From Smithella sp. (GTDB lineage Bacteria > Desulfobacterota > Syntrophia > Syntrophales > Smithellaceae), in the NCBI GenBank assembly GCA_012510495.1, contig JAAZHX010000152.1:14857-78856 (forward strand): a stretch of 64,000 bases of DNA, given 5' to 3'. The notes under the pieces were generated by a model that searched no databases, was not told where the DNA came from, and was given only the letters and a program-made list of their open reading frames with translations. A program made the position numbers and the translations under genes. This document shows, in pieces, positions 53,617 to 61,748 of this stretch (its first letter is position 1; each line of letters opens with the position of its first letter).

Positions 53617-56286
53617 TTAAGCCATTCCCTGCCTGTTCATCTCTTTCAATTTATTTAACGCCCCTTCCAGAGCAACAAACTTTTCCTGAAAACTCTTCAG
53701 TTTGCCTTCTTCCTTTTCAATAATCTCCGGCGCTGCCTTGTCGTGGAAATCATGGTTGGCCAGCTTCCGCGAGCTCTGCTCGAGATCTTTGGACACTTTA
53801 GCCAGTTCTTTTTCCAGACGCGCCTTTTCCCCGGCAATATCCACGATGCCGGTCAGGGGAACAAAAATTTTTGTCGATCCAACCATGCCGGTGGCCACGC
53901 CTTTGGGCTCCCTCAGATTTTCTTCGACTGTCAGGGATTCAAGATTGGCCAGGTTGACGATGTAGCGCGCCCCGTTCTCCACGGAAGCCCGGGTGGCCTC
54001 GTCCGCCGTGGAAATCAGTACTTTCAGCTTCACGGAGGGCGGGATGCGCATTTCCCCCCGAATGTTACGAACGGACGTGATGATGTCCATGAGCATTTCC
54101 ATTTCTTTTTCGGCTTCCTTCTCACTCCATTCTTCCCGAACAACCGGAAACCGACTGACCATGATTGAGTTTTCATCGCTCCCGGAGAGCGCCTGCCAGA
54201 GCTCTTCGGTGACGAACGGCATGAAGGGATGCAGGAGCTGCATCATGGCGCCGAAAACCTCTTTCAGGGTCCGTTGGGTTGCCAGCTTCCGCTCGGGGCT
54301 GATTTTCCCGTACAGCGCGGGTTTGCTCGCTTCCAGATACCAGTCACAGTATTCGTGCCAGATGAAATTATAAATGGAGGCCGCCGCGTCGTTGAATCGG
54401 TATTCGTCGAGGCTTCGGGTCACCTCCTCTATGGTCTCGTTGAGTTTTGCCTTGATCCATTTTTCCGGCAGCGCGTCGGGCGCATTGAGTGAGCGGTTTT
54501 CATCGTAATCCGCCAGATTGGAAAGCGTCAGCCGGGCGGCGTTCCAGATTTTGTTGACAAAGAATTTGTAGCCTTCGATGCGCTCCGGCGACATGCGGAC
54601 ATCGCGTCCCTGCGCGGTATAGGCCGCCAGCGTAAAACGGAACGCGTCCGTGCCGTACCGGTCGATCATGACGAGCGGGTCGATGCTGTTTCCCGAGGAT
54701 TTGCTCATCTTTTCGCCTTTTTCATCACGCACCAGCGCGTGAAGATAGACGTCTTTAAACGGCACATCTTTCATGACATAAAGGCCCATCATCATCATAC
54801 GGGCCACCCAGAAAAACAAAATGTCGAAGCCGGTGATGAGCAGCGAGGTCGGATAAAATGTTTTGAGCGCCTGGGTTCTTTCAGGCCAGCCCAGCGTCGT
54901 AAACGGCCACAAAGCGGAGCTGAACCACGTATCCAGAACATCTTCGTCCTGCTTCAATGACGTGCCGTCGCAGGCCGGACACTTGTCGGGGTCGGCCGTC
55001 GAGACGATGACCTTGCCGCAGCCGCCGCAATACCAGACCGGGATGCGGTGCCCCCACCACAACTGCCGCGAGATGCACCAGTCGCGGATATTGTTCATCC
55101 AGTCAAAATACGTGGCCTCCCAGGAGGAAGGCACAATGCGCGTTTTCTTTTTCGTCACGGCGGCCATGGCCTTGGCGGCCAGCGGTTTGATTTTGACAAA
55201 CCATTGTTTGGACACCATCGGCTCGATGTCCGTTTTGCAGCGGTAGCACTGGCCGACATTATGCGCGTAAGGCTCGACGCCCACCATATAACCGCCCTTT
55301 TCCAGATCGGCAATGACGTTGGCGCGCGCCTCGTAGCGTTCCTGTCCCTTGTATTTTCCGCCGTGTTCGTTAATGATCCCCTCTGTGTCGATGACCGAGA
55401 TAATCTCCAGATGGTGGCGCTGGGCCATGGCAAAATCGTTGGGGTCGGAACCGGGGGTGATCTTCACGGCGCCGGAGCCGAAATCCATCGTCACGTAATC
55501 GTCGGCGATGATCGGAATTTCCTTGTTCATCAGCGGCAGCATGACCTTTTTGCCGATCTTGTCCCGGTAGCGCGGATCATCGGGATGCACCGCCACGGCG
55601 GTATCGCCCAGCATGGTCTCCGGCCGCGTCGTGGCGACGACGATTTCGCCCGTGCCGTCGGCAAACGGGTAGCGAATGTTCCACAGATTGCTCTGGTCAG
55701 GCTTGAATTCCACTTCCAGGTCGGAAATCGCGGTGTGGCAGCGCGGACACCAGTTGACGATGTAGTCGCCCTGATAAATCATATCTTCGTTGTAGAGCCG
55801 GACAAAAACCTCCCGGACCGCCTGGGAGAGGCCTTCGTCCATGGTAAACCGTTCACGGTCCCAGTCGCAGGAGCAGCCCAGCCGTTTGAGCTGATTGATG
55901 ATGACGCCGCCGTATTTTTCCTTCCATTCCCAGACGCGGGCGATAAATTTTTCGCGGCCGAGATCGTGCCGGGAGAGCCCCTCCTTGCGCAACTGCTGCT
56001 CCACCACGTTTTGCGTGGCGATGCCCGCGTGGTCCATCCCCGGCATCCACAGGGTGTTGTACCCCTGCATTCTCTTGAAGCGGATGATAATGTCCTGGAG
56101 GGTATTGTTGAGCGCATGGCCCATGTGCAGCATTCCGGTCACATTGGGAGGCGGAATGACAATGGAAAACGCGGGAGATTCGGATTTGTCCTTTGCGGCA
56201 AAAAACCTATTCTTCAGCCAGTAGTCGTACAGTCTTTTTTCGGCATCGGCCGGTTCAAACGCCTTGCCCAACTCTTTGGTCGCCAT
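53617..56286 (-). CDS. valS: valine--tRNA ligase
   Basis: ATG 56286 (MATKELGKAFEP...); HIGH region PPPNVTGMLHMGHAL, KMSKSSGN, C-terminal coiled coil. Confidence 0.95.
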   Translation of the reverse strand: MATKELGKAFEPADAEKRLYDYWLKNRFFAAKDKSESPAFSIVIPPPNVTGMLHMGHALNNTLQDIIIRFKRMQGYNTLWMPGMDHAGIATQNVVEQQLRKEGLSRHDLGREKFIARVWEWKEKYGGVIINQLKRLGCSCDWDRERFTMDEGLSQAVREVFVRLYNEDMIYQGDYIVNWCPRCHTAISDLEVEFKPDQSNLWNIRYPFADGTGEIVVATTRPETMLGDTAVAVHPDDPRYRDKIGKKVMLPLMNKEIPIIADDYVTMDFGSGAVKITPGSDPNDFAMAQRHHLEIISVIDTEGIINEHGGKYKGQERYEARANVIADLEKGGYMVGVEPYAHNVGQCYRCKTDIEPMVSKQWFVKIKPLAAKAMAAVTKKKTRIVPSSWEATYFDWMNNIRDWCISRQLWWGHRIPVWYCGGCGKVIVSTADPDKCPACDGTSLKQDEDVLDTWFSSALWPFTTLGWPERTQALKTFYPTSLLITGFDILFFWVARMMMMGLYVMKDVPFKDVYLHALVRDEKGEKMSKSSGNSIDPLVMIDRYGTDAFRFTLAAYTAQGRDVRMSPERIEGYKFFVNKIWNAARLTLSNLADYDENRSLNAPDALPEKWIKAKLNETIEEVTRSLDEYRFNDAAASIYNFIWHEYCDWYLEASKPALYGKISPERKLATQRTLKEVFGAMMQLLHPFMPFVTEELWQALSGSDENSIMVSRFPVVREEWSEKEAEKEMEMLMDIITSVRNIRGEMRIPPSVKLKVLISTADEATRASVENGARYIVNLANLESLTVEENLREPKGVATGMVGSTKIFVPLTGIVDIAGEKARLEKELAKVSKDLEQSSRKLANHDFHDKAAPEIIEKEEGKLKSFQEKFVALEGALNKLKEMNRQGMA

Positions 56287-56316
56287 GAAAATATCGCTCT
56301 CCTGTCTGTGGATCAT

Positions 56317-56339
56317 CAAAAAGGGCCTGCGCCCTTTTT
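56317..56339 (-). terminator. terminator-like hairpin 30 nt upstream of the valS start
   Basis: AAAAAGGGC-CTGC-GCCCTTTTT (symmetric A/T flanks). On the minus strand it is followed by TTTTTG. Confidence 0.5.
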
Positions 56340-56379
56340 CGGACGGTCATTTTCCTGCCGTCTGTCCTCATTAAAATTT

Positions 56380-56406
56380 GAGGCGGGACAAACCCCTTCC
56401 CGCCTC
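56380..56406 (-). terminator. 9-bp hairpin just downstream of the TPR/SLH lipoprotein gene
   Basis: GAGGCGGGA-(9 nt)-TCCCGCCTC. On the minus strand it is followed by AAATTTTAAT. Confidence 0.45.
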
Positions 56407-56430
56407 CTTGTTTCCAAAATCATCTTCGTT

Positions 56431-57636
56431 TTAATCGAATTTCAGTTCTTCCTTGATTTTGCGAATGATCAAAAGAGCGTCCGCTCCGGGCACGGGCTTG
56501 AGCGGCGCAAATTCGCCGGTCGTAATGTCCGTGGCTTCCATGATGCCCCGGGAGGTCACCACCATGACGGCATTGAAGTAAGGCAGGTCCGACCGGAGGT
56601 CGGGAAAGGGCGATGTCGAGCCGATAAACTTGGTGGCCAGCGCGTTGTCGCCCGTCACTTTGATTAAAATATCTTCGATCATCAGGGCATACTCGGCGCG
56701 GTTCAGGGCGCCCGCAGGCTCGAAATTGCCCTGTGGATTGATTTCCAGACCGCGAACACCGATCGCCAGAATCCCCTCGATATCCGCTTTCAAGGGATGG
56801 TTGGCAATGTCTTTGGCCGTCAGTGGGGCCGGCCCGGCGCTCCGGGCAGCCTTTTCAGGATCCTTAAAGGACGTATCAAACGTTTTCGGTGTTCTCTTTT
56901 TGTAAAGAACATCGATCTTCAACTCTTCCATGAACAGGGCCGCGGCGTCCGCGCGGGAAATGCTCTCCAGAAGGGCAATCTTTTTGCCCGTCACTGTTCC
57001 GGGCATCGCCCGCTGGATTTTCTGGACCAGATTCCACTGGGCATTGGCCTGACTGACATAATCTTTCCGGATTTCAAGAACTTTCGCAAACATGGCGCTG
57101 GCCTTGCCGTAGTCAAGGGCCGTCTTGTAGGCCAGTCCCATGAAATACGGAGCGGCAGAGGAGGACGGATCCAGTTTTACCGCCTTTTCGTAAGAACTGA
57201 CGCATTTTTTCAGCCAGCTTTTGTCCTGTTCACAGTCCACGCCGATTTTCATGCAGGCAACCTTGCTGAGCGTATTAACACGGATATAACCGATATGAAC
57301 GGCCAACTGCTCGTCGTCTGCCTTCGCCGTGCCCCATGCCTTCTCCAACTGTTCAAAAGCGGCGGTGTAGTTCTGCTGATAGGCTTTCGCCAGGCCCATT
57401 CCGGTATACGCTTTTGAATATTGATCGTTTAGCTCCAGCGCCAGCGTAAACTCCCGTTCAGCATCGGAATATTTTTCCTGATCGATCAGCTTCATTCCTG
57501 TAAAAACGTGATGTTCCGGAGTATCGAGCTCGCTTGCCGGCTGACGGACCTTCGTCCCGCACGCGGCAATCAGCAAAACAGCCGAAAACAACACGATCGT
57601 GAAGAGGACCTTTTTTGTGTTCGCGCGGCAAAACAT
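56431..57636 (-). CDS. lipoprotein with N-terminal TPR repeats and C-terminal SLH-like repeats
   Basis: Lipobox LLIAAC and TPR-like helices (YSDAEREFTLALELNDQYSKAYTGMGLA...). SLH-like segments: DIANHPLKADIEGILAIGVRGLE..GNFEPAGALNRAEYALMI and FPDLRSDLPYFNAVMVVTSRGIM...FAPLKPVPGADALLI. Confidence 0.6.
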   Translation of the reverse strand: MFCRANTKKVLFTIVLFSAVLLIAACGTKVRQPASELDTPEHHVFTGMKLIDQEKYSDAEREFTLALELNDQYSKAYTGMGLAKAYQQNYTAAFEQLEKAWGTAKADDEQLAVHIGYIRVNTLSKVACMKIGVDCEQDKSWLKKCVSSYEKAVKLDPSSSAAPYFMGLAYKTALDYGKASAMFAKVLEIRKDYVSQANAQWNLVQKIQRAMPGTVTGKKIALLESISRADAAALFMEELKIDVLYKKRTPKTFDTSFKDPEKAARSAGPAPLTAKDIANHPLKADIEGILAIGVRGLEINPQGNFEPAGALNRAEYALMIEDILIKVTGDNALATKFIGSTSPFPDLRSDLPYFNAVMVVTSRGIMEATDITTGEFAPLKPVPGADALLIIRKIKEELKFD

Positions 57637-57735
57637 ATTTCGCTCCTTTCTGTCAAAGGGTTATTCCCTGAAAATTCATGCCTTTCTTTCCCAAAAGGCT
57701 TTGTATCATTAGCTTCAGTGTCTTCTGAAGTCAAG

Positions 57736-58692
57736 TCAATATTGCGCTAGAAATTTTCGCGTCCGGTCTTCAATTTTCCGTGTTTCATCAGGCCCGTACC
57801 ACGCGATCGTCTTGTCCGCGCGAAACCAGGTCAGCTGCCGTTTGGCATATTGCCAGGTCTCGCGATTGATTTCGGCAATTGCCTGATCCCAGCCGCACCG
57901 TCCCCGGATCAATGAAATGACCTGCTTGTATCCGAGAGACTGAAGGGGTTTAAGCGCTTCAGAGTATCCCCTGTCAAGGAGCCCCCGCACTTCATCGGGC
58001 AGTCCCGTTTCCACCATCTGTTCGGTTCTCCGGTGGATTCTCTTTTTCAACTCATCGCGCTCCACGCGAAGGCCGATCTTCAAGACCGCGTAAGGACAAT
58101 CTGCAAACCGGTGCTTTTTTTGCAGCTCCAGGATGGATTGTCCGCTTTGGTCCAGCACCTCCAGCGCCCGGATGACGCGCACGGAATCGTTGGGATTGAG
58201 GCGATCAGCCGCCAGCGGATCTCTTTTGCGCAGAAGCCCGAAAACATACGTCCTGCCGTAGCGATCCCGAAGCTCCTTGTAATACCTGCGGATATTTTCA
58301 TCGACCGGCGGCGTGTCGATGATGCCCTGCAAAAGCGCGCGGATATACAGACCCGTTCCCCCAACCACCAGCGCCCGCCTGCCCCTGCCTGCCAGATCCG
58401 CAATCAGCGCTCTGGCCTGTTCGCAATAAAGCGCCGCATTGTAATCTTCGTCCGGGTTCACCACATCCAACAGGTGATGTTTGACCCTTTCCCTTTCCAT
58501 CCGCGTCGGTTTGGCCGTGCCGATATCCAGATAACGATAGACCTGCAGCGAATCCGCATTGACAATCTCCGCGCCCAGGGACTCCGCCAGTTGCAGCGCA
58601 ATGCGGGTCTTTCCCGTTGCCGTGGGCGAACAGATCACCACCAGCGGAATCCCGGGCGGCTTACTTTCGTTTGAACAGTCGTTCGATTTCAT
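57736..58692 (-). CDS. miaA: tRNA dimethylallyltransferase
   Basis: 318 aa with a P-loop-like SPTATGKT; IVNADSLQVYRYLDIGTAKP. The start may be ATG 58692 (32-nt overlap with mutL) or GTG 58638/58635. Confidence 0.9.
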   Translation of the reverse strand: MKSNDCSNESKPPGIPLVVICSPTATGKTRIALQLAESLGAEIVNADSLQVYRYLDIGTAKPTRMERERVKHHLLDVVNPDEDYNAALYCEQARALIADLAGRGRRALVVGGTGLYIRALLQGIIDTPPVDENIRRYYKELRDRYGRTYVFGLLRKRDPLAADRLNPNDSVRVIRALEVLDQSGQSILELQKKHRFADCPYAVLKIGLRVERDELKKRIHRRTEQMVETGLPDEVRGLLDRGYSEALKPLQSLGYKQVISLIRGRCGWDQAIAEINRETWQYAKRQLTWFRADKTIAWYGPDETRKIEDRTRKFLAQY

Positions 58693-60454
58693 AGAGGGTA
58701 AACTTCACGCAAATCGGGCGTCCGTGCGGACAGGTGGCGTTAAAAGGGGTTTTTTCCAGATCCCGGCACAGAGCGGCGACATCCCCGGCGGAAAGTTCCG
58801 CGTTGGCTTTGATCGCTGCGCGGCAGGCCAGGGACGCCAGGATTTTTTCCTTTCGCTCCGTAAACGAAGGCGTCGCCTGGCCGTCGCTCAGTTGGTCGAC
58901 CAGATCGGATACGAGCCGGCGGGGTTCGACGTTCGGCAGCGCGACGGGCATGGCCTTCACCACGACGGCGTCCCGTCCGAAGATTTCCAGTTCCAGACCG
59001 ATGCCCGCCAGGAGCGGCAGCGCTTCTGAAAGAAGGCTCATCTGCGCGGGCGTCAGTGTCACCACTTCCGGCATCAACAGAGGCTGGCTTGCCGCCTGTT
59101 CCTTCTCGGATGCCTTCAGACGCTCCAGAAGGATTCGCTCATGCGCCGCGTGCTGATCCAGCAGCATCAGGCCGCCGGGGCTTCCAAACACAAGATACGT
59201 GCCGGCAAACTGCCCCAGATAGATTCGATGGCCAAACGTAATTCTTTCTTCGCAGGAGGCGTCCTCCACGTGGCTGGGAACATCCTGTTCCCCGGCGCGG
59301 GCGAACAAATCCCCGCCAATGGCCTGCCGCAGATTCTGCCGTGAAAACACATCTTGCGGTTTATCCGATGATGTCCGGTAGGGGCTGGATCTCCAGAATC
59401 CCGGAGAAACGGATGCTTTCTCCCGCGGCGCGAGGCGATAGGCAACAGCGTCCCGGGAGGCCTGCGCTCCGGCCAGGGCGCGTGAGACCGCTCCGGACAC
59501 CAGGTCATAAACGCCGCGGGAGTTTTTGAAGCGGACTTCCAGCTTGGCCGGATGCACGTTGATGTCCACCTCCTCCCCCGGAAGACGAAGAAACAGAGCT
59601 GCCGCGGGAAAGCGCCTCGGCTCTATCACCTGGCGGTAGGCCGCCAAAAGAGCGTGCATCATGGAATTGTCCCGGATAAAACGGGAATTGACAAACAGAT
59701 AAACACTTTTGGAATTGGACTTCGTCCAGGCCGGCGTGGAAACAAAGCCCCTCAGTTCGATATTTTCCTTGTATTCGGCAATCGTCAGGTGATGATCTGT
59801 AAAGTCTTTTCCCAAAATCATGGCGACGCGGTCCGCTACACCGGCGGCGGCCGGCGCCGCGAATACGCTGCGTCCGTCCGCCCGGACGGAAAAGCGTATT
59901 TCCGGGTGCGCCAGCGCCAAGCGGGTAACCGCATCCAGGCAGGCGCTCTGTTCAGTGGCTTCGGTCTTGAGAAACTTCCGGCGCGCCGGCACATTGGCAA
60001 AAAGCTCCGTCACGGTAATCTGCGTTCCGGGAGGAAGACCCGCAGGAGTAATTTCGGAAATCGTTCCGGCCTCAACCAGCGCCCGCGTCCCGGCCAGATC
60101 TTCGGGACGGCGGGTTAAGAGCTCCACACGGGTGACGGAAGCAATGCTGGCCATCGCCTCACCGCGAAAGCCGAACGATCCGGCATCATAAATATCATCG
60201 ATCCGGGCAATTTTGCTGGTGGCGTGGCGCTCAAAAACCAGCGCGACGTCTTCCCTTTCGATGCCGGATCCGTTGTCCGACACCCGGATAGAGCGGCATC
60301 CGCCTTTTTCAATCTCAACGCGGATGTCGCCGGCCCCCGCATCGACGGCGTTTTCCACCAGCTCCTTGACGATCGACGCCGGTCTTTCCACCACTTCTCC
60401 GGCGGCAATCTGGTTGGCAACTTCTTCCGATAAAACACTTATTCTCTTGAACAA
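58661..60454 (-). CDS. mutL: DNA mismatch repair protein MutL
   Basis: 597 aa with a GHKL ATPase N-terminus (VANQIAAGEVVERPASIVKELVENAVDAG) and a C-terminal dimerisation domain. Confidence 0.95.
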   Translation of the reverse strand: MFKRISVLSEEVANQIAAGEVVERPASIVKELVENAVDAGAGDIRVEIEKGGCRSIRVSDNGSGIEREDVALVFERHATSKIARIDDIYDAGSFGFRGEAMASIASVTRVELLTRRPEDLAGTRALVEAGTISEITPAGLPPGTQITVTELFANVPARRKFLKTEATEQSACLDAVTRLALAHPEIRFSVRADGRSVFAAPAAAGVADRVAMILGKDFTDHHLTIAEYKENIELRGFVSTPAWTKSNSKSVYLFVNSRFIRDNSMMHALLAAYRQVIEPRRFPAAALFLRLPGEEVDINVHPAKLEVRFKNSRGVYDLVSGAVSRALAGAQASRDAVAYRLAPREKASVSPGFWRSSPYRTSSDKPQDVFSRQNLRQAIGGDLFARAGEQDVPSHVEDASCEERITFGHRIYLGQFAGTYLVFGSPGGLMLLDQHAAHERILLERLKASEKEQAASQPLLMPEVVTLTPAQMSLLSEALPLLAGIGLELEIFGRDAVVVKAMPVALPNVEPRRLVSDLVDQLSDGQATPSFTERKEKILASLACRAAIKANAELSAGDVAALCRDLEKTPFNATCPHGRPICVKFTLYEIERLFKRK

Positions 60455-60581
60455 TCTTATTTCCCTTGATGAGTTCCCTATTTGTTAAAGGGGGATGGAC
60501 ATGGATTCAACACCGGAAAAAAGCCGCAGCCACCAAATATTCGTGACTGCGGCCTCGTTGATTCAATCTTTCGCGGACGAT

Positions 60582-61487
60582 TTAATCCAGCACAATCATG
60601 ACGCGGCATTGTTTCATGAAAGACGCGTTTTCCGCCGAGGCGCGAATGAGCTGGGCATCGGCATTGCTGATCACGAGATCGGACCGGCCCGCGCCGCCGG
60701 TTTTTAATCCTTTAACCGTGATCGGGCTGGCCGTGACGCGTTGATTGCTTTGCGCGGCGGTGAGGTCCCGGGCATAGCCGCTCATTCCCTGCTGGACGGC
60801 GTATTCGCGGTCCACATTGGCCGAACCGTACACTTCCTTGCCGTCCTCGTCGTAAATGCGCGGCGACATGGCCGGACGCGCCTGAATACCGCGGGCGTCA
60901 ACCACCAATCCCGTATAGGCAACAACAGCCGGAGGCGGAGGGGGCGCGGGTGCGTCCACAACCGGCGCGGGAGGAGGCTCCGGCGCTTCCACAACGGGAG
61001 CGGGCGGCGGAATTTCTTTGCGCTTCTGGATGGAAACGGGAATCATGATCTTGGACAATTCCCCGTAGAGCGGCATTCTCAAGGTGACTTCCATGGTTCC
61101 ATCCGACATATATTCCTCTTTCACAACTTGCGCGCCATCGACCAGGCCTCTAACCTGTGTGTTGACAATGTCGCTTTCCACGGCAAAATCCTTTACCGTC
61201 GTCCGGGAATCCACTTGAACCCCCTTGGTGATTTCCAGCAGATTGCGATAAGCGTCAGCTTTCGCGGCGCGCTGCGCCAGGGGCCGCGCCTGAGGTTTTC
61301 CGTAATAGCGCTCCGGCGGCGCGCCGATTCCTTTGGCTTCGATAAAGCCTGCCGACCAGTTCACCGAACCCTGGCCGACTTTTTCCACCCACTCGGACAT
61401 GCTGATTGCATTCTGGCAAAAAGCGGCGGATGTCCATAACAATAAAATACCCGTCAAAACGGTTATGGAAACGAATTTCAACTTCAT
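60582..61487 (-). CDS. secreted LPP20-like protein with proline-rich linker
   Basis: Signal peptide MKLKFVSITVLTGILLLWTSAAFC. The N-terminal domain has RAAKADAYRNLLEITKGVQVDS (LPP20-type, from memory). It continues with a PPPAPVVEAPEPPPAPVVDAPAPPPPP linker and a second domain. Confidence 0.5.
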   Translation of the reverse strand: MKLKFVSITVLTGILLLWTSAAFCQNAISMSEWVEKVGQGSVNWSAGFIEAKGIGAPPERYYGKPQARPLAQRAAKADAYRNLLEITKGVQVDSRTTVKDFAVESDIVNTQVRGLVDGAQVVKEEYMSDGTMEVTLRMPLYGELSKIMIPVSIQKRKEIPPPAPVVEAPEPPPAPVVDAPAPPPPPAVVAYTGLVVDARGIQARPAMSPRIYDEDGKEVYGSANVDREYAVQQGMSGYARDLTAAQSNQRVTASPITVKGLKTGGAGRSDLVISNADAQLIRASAENASFMKQCRVMIVLD

Positions 61488-61703
61488 ATTGTCCTCCTTT
61501 ATAGTTGGCGTCCAAAATATTTTCTCTTCGATAAAAGCGGTATAAAACTAACAAAATATTCTTCCTGTTGCAATAAGAATTCACTTACCGGCGCAGACGA
61601 AGAAAACACCCTCGTCCGGGCAAGAGTTGTGCTTGAAACAAAGCGGTTTATGTGATAGGTCAGCGCTCGGATGAACGCTTCACACAAGCAGATGAAATCA
61701 TTC

Positions 61704-61725
61704 GCGGTTTAACCGCTATTTTTTT
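61704..61725 (+). promoter_or_regulatory. short hairpin plus T-run in the ileS leader (possible attenuator)
   Basis: GCGGT-TTA-ACCGC followed by TATTTTTTT, 24 nt before the ileS ATG. A near copy of the 5' arm (AGCGGTTTA) lies at about 61641-61649. Confidence 0.25.
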
Positions 61726-61748
61726 AATTAGACAGGAGCAGCAACCCT

